Of a stretch of DNA of 64,000 nucleotides, positions 27,200 to 34,345 are shown one piece after another; within the stretch, counting starts at the first letter, position 1, and each line of letters starts with the position of its first letter. Made by a program: the position numbers and the translations under genes. The stretch spans positions 6,008 through 70,007 of the forward strand of contig CALWRE010000158.1 in NCBI GenBank assembly GCA_944383835.1, read 5' to 3'. A model generated the notes under the pieces. That model did no database searches, was not told the DNA's origin, and saw only the letters and a list, made by a program, of their open reading frames with translations. This stretch comes from an uncultured Lachnospiraceae bacterium (GTDB lineage Bacteria; Bacillota; Clostridia; Lachnospirales; Lachnospiraceae).

Positions 27200-27745
27200 A
27201 TGAAAGCGACTGGAATTGTCAGACGAATTGATGATTTAGGTAGAGTTGTAGTACCAAAAGAAATCCGGCGCACCCTGCGGCTTCGGGAGGGGACTCCCCT
27301 GGAGATTTTTACGGATCGGGAGGGGGAGATTATCCTGAAAAAATATTCCCCGATGGCAGAGATGGGAGCCTTTGCAAAGCAGTATGCGGAGGCTCTCAAC
27401 CAGACGACCGGCCTTACCGTGTGCATCACGGACCGGGACCAGGTTATCGCGGTGGCCGGAGCCAAAAAGGATATGCTGCAAAAGCCCGTCAGCAAGGCCC
27501 TGGAACAGATGATCCTGAACCGGGAAAACGGGGCGGCAGTAAAGGGCGAGAAAAAATTTGTTCCGCTCGTAGACGATGACAAGGAGGAATACACCGCCCA
27601 GATGATTCAGATCATCCTGTCGGCGGGGGACGCCATCGGCGCGGTGGCCCTGCTGTCCCGCGACGCCCGAGCAAAAATGGGTGATACCGAGCAGAAATTG
27701 GCCGCAACGGCGGCCAGTTTCCTGGGCCGCCAGATGGAGGCGTGA
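27200..27745 (+). CDS. spoVT: Stage V sporulation protein T (AbrB-type regulator)
   Basis: The N-terminus is near-identical to B. subtilis SpoVT (MKATGIVRRIDDLGRVVVPKEIRRTLRLREG). It has a GAF-like C-domain ending in FLGRQME. Confidence 0.95.
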   Translation: MKATGIVRRIDDLGRVVVPKEIRRTLRLREGTPLEIFTDREGEIILKKYSPMAEMGAFAKQYAEALNQTTGLTVCITDRDQVIAVAGAKKDMLQKPVSKALEQMILNRENGAAVKGEKKFVPLVDDDKEEYTAQMIQIILSAGDAIGAVALLSRDARAKMGDTEQKLAATAASFLGRQMEA

Positions 27746-27772
27746 AGGGAGCAAAGAAGCGGCTGGGAAAAA

Positions 27773-27808
27773 AATACCGGTGCGGTTTTGGAGAACTGCA
27801 TCGGTATT
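27773..27808. terminator. Hairpin terminator (good U-run for the minus-strand transcript)
   Basis: Stem AATACCGGTGC / GCATCGGTATT with one mismatch. An A7 run on the + strand gives a U-run for the minus-strand transcript. Confidence 0.6.
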
Positions 27809-27809
27809 A

Positions 27810-28001
27810 TTATAAGCGGATCCATATAAGCGTCACAATGCAGTCACAGCCAGAACGCAAGGCCGTGTCCACCTGATCTTGGTAGGGATTGGATAGCTTC
27901 GCAACTACTTTGCCATTGCGGGTAATATAAATATCCTCTGTTTCTGCCAGCAACAGATATTTGCTGAGGTTTATCTTTAATTCCGTTGCAGTGATTGACA
28001 T
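27810..28001 (-). pseudogene. Phd/YefM-type antitoxin N-terminal remnant, no cognate toxin
   Basis: MSITATELKINLSKYLLLAETEDIYITRNGKVVAKLSNPYQD matches the antitoxin N-domain. The sequence after QVDTA is unrelated and ends early, and no toxin ORF follows. Confidence 0.45.
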
Positions 28002-28064
28002 GGGTATGTCAAGAGGGATCGTTATTTTGAAAGCCAGGAACAAAGATAAAAGAGGAATTCTGGT

Positions 28065-28424
28065 TTAATCCCGTGAGAAGAGGGAAGCCAGGGGATTGAT
28101 CACCTGATAGAGGTCGTTGATGGCCCGGTTCAGGGTCTCAATATCTATGGCCTCCAAATTATTGATCGTGCCCTCAATATTGGCGTCTTTGAGCTGCTCT
28201 GTGATTTCCTGGGTGTTGGAGACGACCACATTCAGCTCGTTTAAAGTGGAAACGGCGCGGGGAAGCAAAGTGGCCAGCGAAATGACCACTGCGGCTACCA
28301 GACATAAAAACAGCAGCCCCAGGTTCCGGGTCAGCCGGCACTGCCTTTCCAGAAGGGCCTGCTGCCGTTTATTTTCTTCTTTTATTTCCTGCAATACGGA
28401 TATCAGCTCGTTATGGTTTTCCAT
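28065..28424 (-). CDS. Hypothetical single-TM coiled-coil membrane protein
   Basis: ATG at 28424 with a strong RBS (AAAGGAG, 8 nt). TM segment LGLLFLCLVAAVVISLATLL. The longer ORF-track version (to 28595) runs through the 51-bp repeats. Confidence 0.6.
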   Translation of the reverse strand: MENHNELISVLQEIKEENKRQQALLERQCRLTRNLGLLFLCLVAAVVISLATLLPRAVSTLNELNVVVSNTQEITEQLKDANIEGTINNLEAIDIETLNRAINDLYQVINPLASLFSRD

Positions 28425-28439
28425 GACAAAATCTCCTTT

Positions 28440-28562
28440 CCTTATGTTTGGCCGTGCCTTTTGGCCATCTGGTATACCCGAAGGGTGTTTCCTTATGCTT
28501 GGCCGTGCCTTTTGGCCATCTGGTATACCCGGAGGGTGTTTCCTTATGTCTGGCCGTGCTGC
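28440..28562. repeat. 51-bp tandem repeat, 2 full copies + partial third
   Basis: Units at 28440-28490 and 28491-28541 differ at 2 positions, with a partial copy at 28542-28562. Each unit contains TGGCC-N9-GGCCA, the GGTATACC palindrome and an ACCC-GRA-GGGT mini-hairpin. Confidence 0.85.
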
Positions 28563-28679
28563 TTTCATTGTGCAGTGCCGGGAGGAGTTTGTCAATCATT
28601 TTTGTGTTCCTTCTTTTGTGAAACCGTGCTATACTGAGGGAAAACAGAAAGAAAACGCCTGAACCGGCGGGGAGGCTTT

Positions 28680-29087
28680 ATGGAAACAAAGAAGGAGAAA
28701 TACACATTCGATGAGCTGAGGGAAATCATTGCCAGGCTGCGGGCGGAGGACGGCTGTCCCTGGGATCGGGAACAGACCCACCAATCCCTGATTCCCTGCC
28801 TGCGAAATGAGGCGGAGGAAGTGGTGGAGGCCATTGAAAAGAAGGATGAGGCGAATTTATGCGAGGAGCTGGGCGACGTCCTGCTGCAGGTGCTGATGCA
28901 CAGCCAGATTGCGGAAGAAATGGGAGAATTTACCTTGGATGACGTGATCGATACGGTCAGCCGCAAAATGATTCGCCGCCATCCCCATGTCTTTGGGGAC
29001 GCTGTGGCCCGGACGCCGGAGGAATGCCTTCGCCTTTGGGAAGAAATAAAGGCAAAAGAGCGGGAGACAAAGGCGAAAAACCCTTGA
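28680..29087 (+). CDS. mazG: MazG-family nucleoside triphosphate pyrophosphohydrolase (YabN C-terminal-domain type)
   Basis: CPWDREQTHQSL...EE..E...........ELGDVLLQV motif set. The position after spoVT matches Bacillus synteny. Confidence 0.9.
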   Translation: METKKEKYTFDELREIIARLRAEDGCPWDREQTHQSLIPCLRNEAEEVVEAIEKKDEANLCEELGDVLLQVLMHSQIAEEMGEFTLDDVIDTVSRKMIRRHPHVFGDAVARTPEECLRLWEEIKAKERETKAKNP

Positions 29088-29158
29088 CAAACATAGCGGT
29101 AACGAGTATAAATAGATAGCAGATAACACATAGAAATCTTATGTTTTAGGAGGAAATT

Positions 29159-29434
29159 ATGAATAAGACTGAGTTTATCGCAGCCGTTGCAGAGAAGGCC
29201 GGTTTATCCAAGAAGGATGCTGAGAAGGCGGTCAAGGCTTACACGGATGTTGTGACCGAGGAGCTGGTAAAGGGCGGCAAGGTCCAGCTGGTAGGCTTTG
29301 GTACCTTTGAGGTGGCTGACAGACCCGCCAGAGAGGGCAGAAATCCCAGAAGCGGCGAGCCGATGACCATTGCAGCTTCCAGAATTCCTAAGTTTAAGGC
29401 TGGAAAGGCTCTGAAGGATCAGGTCAACGCATAA
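29159..29434 (+). CDS. hup: HU-family DNA-binding protein
   Basis: MNKTEFIAAVAEKAGLSKKDAEKAV...GFGTFEV..R.AREGRNPRSGEPM.. Confidence 0.95.
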   Translation: MNKTEFIAAVAEKAGLSKKDAEKAVKAYTDVVTEELVKGGKVQLVGFGTFEVADRPAREGRNPRSGEPMTIAASRIPKFKAGKALKDQVNA

Positions 29435-29453
29435 TTGAGGACAAGCATGGAGA

Positions 29454-29475
29454 GGGCGGCTTTGGCCGCCCTTTT
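29454..29475 (+). terminator. Intrinsic terminator after hup
   Basis: Stem GGGCGGC / GCCGCCC, loop TTTG, then CTTTT. Confidence 0.7.
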
Positions 29476-29514
29476 GCTGTAATTAAGGAAAGGCAATGCA
29501 GGAAGGAGACGGAA

Positions 29515-29754
29515 ATGCGATTGGATAAGTTTCTGAAGGTTTCGCGGGTAATCAAGAGGCGGACGGTAGCCAACGAGGCCTGCGACGCCGGGCGAGTGAA
29601 GATCAATGACAGGCCGGCCAAGGCTTCGGCCGAGGTCAAGGTGGGCGACATCATCGAGGTGCAGTTTGGCAGCCGCCCGGTAAAGATCCAGGTGCTGAAT
29701 ATTCAGGAGACCACCAAGAAGGAAGAGGCAGGAGAATTATTTAAATATCTGTAG
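29515..29754 (+). CDS. rqcP: S4-domain RNA-binding protein YabO/RqcP
   Basis: MRLDKFLKVSRVIKRRTVANEA...TTKKEEA closely matches B. subtilis YabO. Confidence 0.9.
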   Translation: MRLDKFLKVSRVIKRRTVANEACDAGRVKINDRPAKASAEVKVGDIIEVQFGSRPVKIQVLNIQETTKKEEAGELFKYL

Positions 29755-29783
29755 CCGAATCCGTTCTGATTTTGTCCTCCCGC

Positions 29784-29843
29784 GCATACAATGATGATGC
29801 ATACGATAAGGATGCATACGGTAATGGCGCATACGATAAGGAC
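29784..29843. repeat. Four tandem 15-bp units (GCATACGATAAGGAY-like)
   Basis: Units start at 29784, 29799, 29814 and 29829, and a degenerate fifth follows. Confidence 0.8.
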
Positions 29844-29919
29844 GCCAGGTAACGATGCAGTGACGCCAGGGCCGAAAGGCTTTCGGCCCTGGGAGACGCA
29901 AAAGCAGGAGGATGAGAGT

Positions 29920-30228
29920 ATGGCGTTGGAAGAAAAGGGAAGCCCTGCGGCCAGGGGGCAGAATCAGCTGCACCGGGTAAACTTAATCAACAGGGAGAGC
30001 GCGGCAGTGACCGGGGTGAAGGACGTTCTGGCCTTCGATGTGACGGAGGTGCTTCTGGAAACCGGAGGAGGGATGCTGAGCATCCGAGGAAACGATCTGC
30101 ATGTCAATCGCCTGACCCTGGAAAAGGGCGAGGTGGACGTGAGCGGGAAAATCGACAGCCTGACCTATTCGGATGTGGGAACCTACAAAAAACAGGGGGA
30201 ATCTCTGCTGGGCCGTCTGTTCCGTTAA
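29920..30228 (+). CDS. yabP: Sporulation protein YabP
   Basis: ATG after AGGAGGA. The pattern HRVNLINRESAAVTGVKDVLAFD...L.I.G..L.V is typical of YabP, and the synteny matches. Confidence 0.85.
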   Translation: MALEEKGSPAARGQNQLHRVNLINRESAAVTGVKDVLAFDVTEVLLETGGGMLSIRGNDLHVNRLTLEKGEVDVSGKIDSLTYSDVGTYKKQGESLLGRLFR

Positions 30229-30231
30229 GCT

Positions 30232-30843
30232 ATGAGCGCTGTGATCACCGAGGAACTGCGTCTGCTGGGAGCCTGCATTCTTTTTGGGATGGGCATCGGG
30301 GCCGCTTATGAGCTGCCCCGTCTGTCGCGTCTCCTGTTCCGCCACGGCCGTCTTTGGACAGGGATAGAGGACCTTATATTCTGGGCAATGGCCGCAGCCG
30401 CGGTGTTTGGCATGATTCTGCGCACAAACGACGGTGCGATCCGCTGGTATGCCCTAGCAGGCTGCGTGGGCGGAGCGGGCCTTTACCAGGCTGTCTTTCA
30501 CAGGCTCCTGGCATATCTTCTGACGCCTGTGGGACAAATCATCAAAAAGGTGCAAAATTCCAGGCGAAACCGGTTGAAAAGAGGGAAAAAATCCGCTAAA
30601 CTAAAAGAAAATACGCAAGAAAAAGTGCAGGAAAAACTGCAGGAAAAAACCGGGGAGCCGAGAAGGGAGGTGCAGGATGGCCGGATACGCAAAAAAGAAG
30701 AAGAAAGGGAACAAGACGGCCATGCTGGGCATAAGCCTGGTGCTGTGCGCCCTGCTCGCCGTCCTGGGTTACCAGACCCTTCAGCTGCAGAAGAGAAGCG
30801 ACGAGTATACCGCAAGGCTGGAAGCGGTGGAAGAAGAGCTTGA
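30232..30843 (+). CDS. yabQ: Spore cortex protein YabQ-like membrane protein with long Lys/Glu/Arg-rich tail
   Basis: The three N-terminal TM helices and the position after yabP fit YabQ. The C-terminal 55 codons overlap divIC out of frame. Confidence 0.65.
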   Translation: MSAVITEELRLLGACILFGMGIGAAYELPRLSRLLFRHGRLWTGIEDLIFWAMAAAAVFGMILRTNDGAIRWYALAGCVGGAGLYQAVFHRLLAYLLTPVGQIIKKVQNSRRNRLKRGKKSAKLKENTQEKVQEKLQEKTGEPRREVQDGRIRKKEEEREQDGHAGHKPGAVRPARRPGLPDPSAAEEKRRVYRKAGSGGRRA

Positions 30844-30979
30844 AGCGGAGAAAGACCGGGCACAGGAGCTGGAGGAAGAAAAGATTTATACCCAGAGCAA
30901 ACAATATATTGAGCAGGAGGCGAAGGAAAAGCTGGGCTTGGTAAATCCCAATGAGATTATCCTGAAGCCGGAGGAATGA
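30677..30979 (+). CDS. divIC: Septum formation initiator (DivIC/FtsB family)
   Basis: GGGAGG RBS, a basic N-terminus, a TM and a coiled coil, and the C-terminal IEQEAKEKLGLVNPNEII motif. Confidence 0.85.
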   Translation: MAGYAKKKKKGNKTAMLGISLVLCALLAVLGYQTLQLQKRSDEYTARLEAVEEELEAEKDRAQELEEEKIYTQSKQYIEQEAKEKLGLVNPNEIILKPEE

Positions 30980-31054
30980 CAAAGACAGCGGAAACGGCAA
31001 GTTACTGTAACAGTAACTATGACAGTAACCATGACAATGACAGTGGCTGTAACA

Positions 31055-31085
31055 GGCGGGGAGAAACAATCCCCGTCTTTTTTTG
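31055..31085 (+). terminator. Intrinsic terminator after divIC
   Basis: Stem CGGGGA / TCCCCG followed by a T7 run. Confidence 0.7.
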
Positions 31086-31115
31086 TCCCATTTTACTAAG
31101 ATGTTTTTCAATAGA

Positions 31116-31158
31116 CAATACATAACGTATTGACACCATGTTTAATATTTGCTATTAT
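31116..31158 (+). promoter_or_regulatory. Putative promoter with overlapping inverted repeat (candidate TetR operator)
   Basis: TTGACA (31130-31135), 17 nt, TATTAT (31153-31158). The IR CAATAC-ATAAC-GTATTG (31116-31132) overlaps the -35. The palindrome TGTTAACA lies downstream. Confidence 0.5.
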
Positions 31159-31214
31159 TAGGTGTGTTAACATAATGTCTTAACAATGTGTATATTTAGG
31201 AGGAAAACAGTAAG

Positions 31215-33446
31215 ATGAAAGCGGTAAAGAGGATTGTTTCCATGGTCTGCACAGCTGCGCTGACCATTGGGATGCTTGCAGGCTGCTCTGCACCGGCACA
31301 GGAGACGACGGCTGCCGGTACGGATGCGCCGGCCCAGACGGAGGGAGAACAGGCCGGAACCCAAGCCCAGGGAGCTTATATCCCCGGCGCTTATACTGGC
31401 AGCGGCACGGGGATGCACGGTACGGTAACCGCCGTGGTCACCGTGGACGAGAGTGCGATTACGGCTGTGGAAGTGGACGTGTCCGTGGAGGACCAGGACA
31501 GAGTAGGAGAGAACGGAGGGGATACCCTGGCTTCCCAGGTGATGGAGGCCCAGTCCGCTGCAATCGACGGGATTTCCGGTGCGACCGTAACCTCGGATGC
31601 GGTGAGCGTTGCGGTGGAAGATGCGCTGAACCAGGCCAGAGGAAACGGAGGAGACGGTCAGATGACGGCTGGTACTTATACGGCGACCGCCCATGGGGCC
31701 AAGCATGACCTGACGGTATCGGTGACGGTGTCGGAGAACGTGATCGAAGCGGTCGAAGTGGTGGAGTCGGACGATTCCCCTTATATCAGTGAGTCGGCGA
31801 TCAACGCCCTGCCGCAGAGGATTATAGATAAGCAGTCTGTGGCAGTGGATGGGGTAACCGGGGCGACCATGACCAGCTCCGCCATCCTGAGCGCCGTCAG
31901 CGACTGCCTGACCCAGGCCGGCGCGAATTTAAGCGATTGGACGAAAGCGACGGAAATCACCGCAGGTGAGGATGTTACCGTGGACGTCCTGGTGGTGGGC
32001 GGAGGAACCTCCGGCTCCACAGCGGCCCTGGCTGCGAAGACGGACGCAGCCCTTTCGGATACGGACAGCGGGCTGGATGTGATGATTGTGGAGGCCAACG
32101 GCTATATCGGCGGAAACATGGCCATCTGCGGCGGCTACATTGCCAGCTATTTCGGCACGGCCCTGAACGAGCAGACCGGCCAGTCCTGGGATCCGGACGA
32201 GCTGGTGGATTCCCTGGAAAACCTGTATCCCCAGTATAGCGATGTGATCAACGATACGTTGATGCGCAATCTGGCCGATCTGACGGATGATACCTTGAAC
32301 GGGCTGATGGCACGGGGCTTCTATCTGACGGGGACGGACGCCTATGAGGCAACATCTTCCCGCCTGTCAGCCGATGGACCGGCTCCCTATACCTCGAGCA
32401 CGGTAATAGCCGATCCGGAGACGGGAGAACGTTCCGGGGACAAAGGCTATGATATTTACGGCGGAGGCGCCTTCTTCGGCCAGTCTATGACCGATATCCT
32501 GAACGACGCTGGCGTAGAGATCCGCTATGAGACCACGGCTACCGGACTCATCATGGATGGAAATACCTGCGTAGGCGTCACGGTGCAGGATCACGAGCAC
32601 AGCTACAATGTCTACGCGGACAAGATCATCCTGGCAACCGGCTATGCCGGCTTCGACGATGAGACCATCTCTTTGTACCTGCCGGAAGTGTACGGCAATG
32701 TGATAGGGGCGGAGACGGCCGCAAACCAGAGCTTTGCCCAGAAGCAGATCACAGGCCTGGGCGGCGAGGTCAACGATGTCCATGAGGCAATCAGCGATGG
32801 GCATATTGTCCTTGGCTATAACAGCACCCTTGCCCATTATGGCGAGGAACATCTTCTGTACAGCAGTATGCTGGGCATGTTTGTGAACACCGACGGTGAG
32901 CGCTTTGCCGACGAGACCGACCGCGGCGCGGGGATGGCGATGACCATCGCTGAGTTGGGCGGAAAGGCCTACATGATTTTTGACAGCACCCATGAAGGCG
33001 TTCGTTTCTATGACTTCCTGGCATCCAATGGGCTGGCTTGGACTTCCGATACCCTGGAGGGACTGGCGGAGGAGATCGGCGTTCCGGCAGAGAATCTTAC
33101 CGCAACGGTGGAACAGTACAATGCGGATTATGAGAACGGCGGAGACACCGTATTTGGCACGGGCGTAGAGAATATGGCCCCGGTGCAGACCGGCCCCTTC
33201 TACGCTGTCCAGGTGAACGCGATCTCTACCGGCGGAATCGATATTGCGGTATATACCGATGAAAATATGAACGTGACGCTGACGAACGGAGGCGAACCGG
33301 TGGAGAATCTCTATGCCTGCGGCGGAGCCGGCTCGGGCAGCTACTTTACGCTGCTGAACATTGGCCTGGGTTCTCATGTGGTAGGCTGCCTGACCTCTGG
33401 CGTCTATGTGGGAAATATTGTCAGAGAGGCGCTTTTGAACCAATAA
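31215..33446 (+). CDS. Extracytoplasmic lipoprotein flavin reductase with two FMN_bind domains + FAD_binding_2 domain
   Basis: Lipobox MLAGCS. There are two flavinylation-type motifs, DGISGATVTS and DGVTGATMTS. Dinucleotide fold DVLVVGGGTSG and C-terminal NLYACGG. Confidence 0.85.
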   Translation: MKAVKRIVSMVCTAALTIGMLAGCSAPAQETTAAGTDAPAQTEGEQAGTQAQGAYIPGAYTGSGTGMHGTVTAVVTVDESAITAVEVDVSVEDQDRVGENGGDTLASQVMEAQSAAIDGISGATVTSDAVSVAVEDALNQARGNGGDGQMTAGTYTATAHGAKHDLTVSVTVSENVIEAVEVVESDDSPYISESAINALPQRIIDKQSVAVDGVTGATMTSSAILSAVSDCLTQAGANLSDWTKATEITAGEDVTVDVLVVGGGTSGSTAALAAKTDAALSDTDSGLDVMIVEANGYIGGNMAICGGYIASYFGTALNEQTGQSWDPDELVDSLENLYPQYSDVINDTLMRNLADLTDDTLNGLMARGFYLTGTDAYEATSSRLSADGPAPYTSSTVIADPETGERSGDKGYDIYGGGAFFGQSMTDILNDAGVEIRYETTATGLIMDGNTCVGVTVQDHEHSYNVYADKIILATGYAGFDDETISLYLPEVYGNVIGAETAANQSFAQKQITGLGGEVNDVHEAISDGHIVLGYNSTLAHYGEEHLLYSSMLGMFVNTDGERFADETDRGAGMAMTIAELGGKAYMIFDSTHEGVRFYDFLASNGLAWTSDTLEGLAEEIGVPAENLTATVEQYNADYENGGDTVFGTGVENMAPVQTGPFYAVQVNAISTGGIDIAVYTDENMNVTLTNGGEPVENLYACGGAGSGSYFTLLNIGLGSHVVGCLTSGVYVGNIVREALLNQ

Positions 33447-33498
33447 GCGGGAATCAATAAGCAGGAACCTATGGATTTGAATCCGTAGAACATAACAA

Positions 33499-33540
33499 AC
33501 CAGGGCGTTTACCGTAAGAACCGGTAAGCGCCCTGGTTTG
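33499..33540. terminator. Bidirectional terminator hairpin
   Basis: 17-bp stem AACCAGGGCGTTTACCG / CGGTAAGCGCCCTGGTT with one mismatch, between convergent genes. Confidence 0.75.
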
Positions 33541-33541
33541 C

Positions 33542-34162
33542 TTATTTTAGAATTTGCAGAATCATGTTATAAGCCAGCTCATAGACAGAGGTTTCCTTTA
33601 AAGGCATATGAGCGGCCTTGCGTGCTTCAACCTGCACGGGAGTCAGATCCACATAGCGGTACATGCCGTGCATGAAGGGAAAGAAAATGTAAAGCATGCG
33701 GGTAATATCTTCTTCGCTTTTTTCGGGGAAGTATTTGGCAAAGCAGTCGTGCATCAGCCGGATTGCCTGGGAGAAGGCCTCCTTGTGGGAGAAGACGAAT
33801 TCCCTGCGGCAGTTGGCTTCCCTCTCATGGAAATCGGCGACGGAAAATCGGAGCATCCGCTCGCGCCGGACCAGGGTGCCGGCGATGGCGTCGGCGAAAC
33901 CGGAGGCGGTGAAGCTGTCGTTTTCGGCGAGAAGCTTCTGCAGGTCCTCGGCCCAGAGCAGGTATTCCTTCTGATAGGCGCAGATAAAGATTTCATCGAT
34001 GTTTTTGAAATAGTTGTAGATGGTGGCGCGGGTAAAATGGGCGGCCTCCGCTACGGTCTTTATCGTTATATCGTTTAAATTTGTATGCGCATATAAGGCC
34101 AGAAAGGCTTCGAGAATTTCATCCCGTCGTTTTTCAATCAGCAAATCCGGGTGCTTTGGCAT
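33542..34162 (-). CDS. TetR/AcrR-family transcriptional regulator
   Basis: AAGGAGGAGG RBS. HTH ITIKTVAEAAHFTRATIYNYFKNIDEI. Confidence 0.9.
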   Translation of the reverse strand: MPKHPDLLIEKRRDEILEAFLALYAHTNLNDITIKTVAEAAHFTRATIYNYFKNIDEIFICAYQKEYLLWAEDLQKLLAENDSFTASGFADAIAGTLVRRERMLRFSVADFHEREANCRREFVFSHKEAFSQAIRLMHDCFAKYFPEKSEEDITRMLYIFFPFMHGMYRYVDLTPVQVEARKAAHMPLKETSVYELAYNMILQILK

Positions 34163-34345
34163 GGCTGCAGCCTCCTCCTTTCGTTTCGTGTATAAGTGTA
34201 TCACATTTCCGGCCGGGTGGCCAGGAAAACCATCGGATTTTGCGGCCAAATTTATCCTGCCGGGGATATTCTTCGACAAAACACAGGATTCTTTTTCACT
34301 ATAATAGATGTCCAGTGGATATGGAAGGAAAAGGGTGGACAGGCT

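Noticed and set aside
28440-28562. Possible CRISPR array
   Set aside because: The repeats are directly adjacent with no unique spacers, there are only 2.4 copies, and no cas genes are present.
28425-28595. Long version of the membrane-protein ORF, which reads the 51-bp repeats as 17-aa repeats (ARPDIRKHPPGIPDGQK)
   Set aside because: It would need a TTG start without an RBS. A strong RBS and ATG exist at 28424. The repeat region is open in four frames, as expected for non-coding tandem DNA. It remains a formal possibility, and this is noted in the findings.
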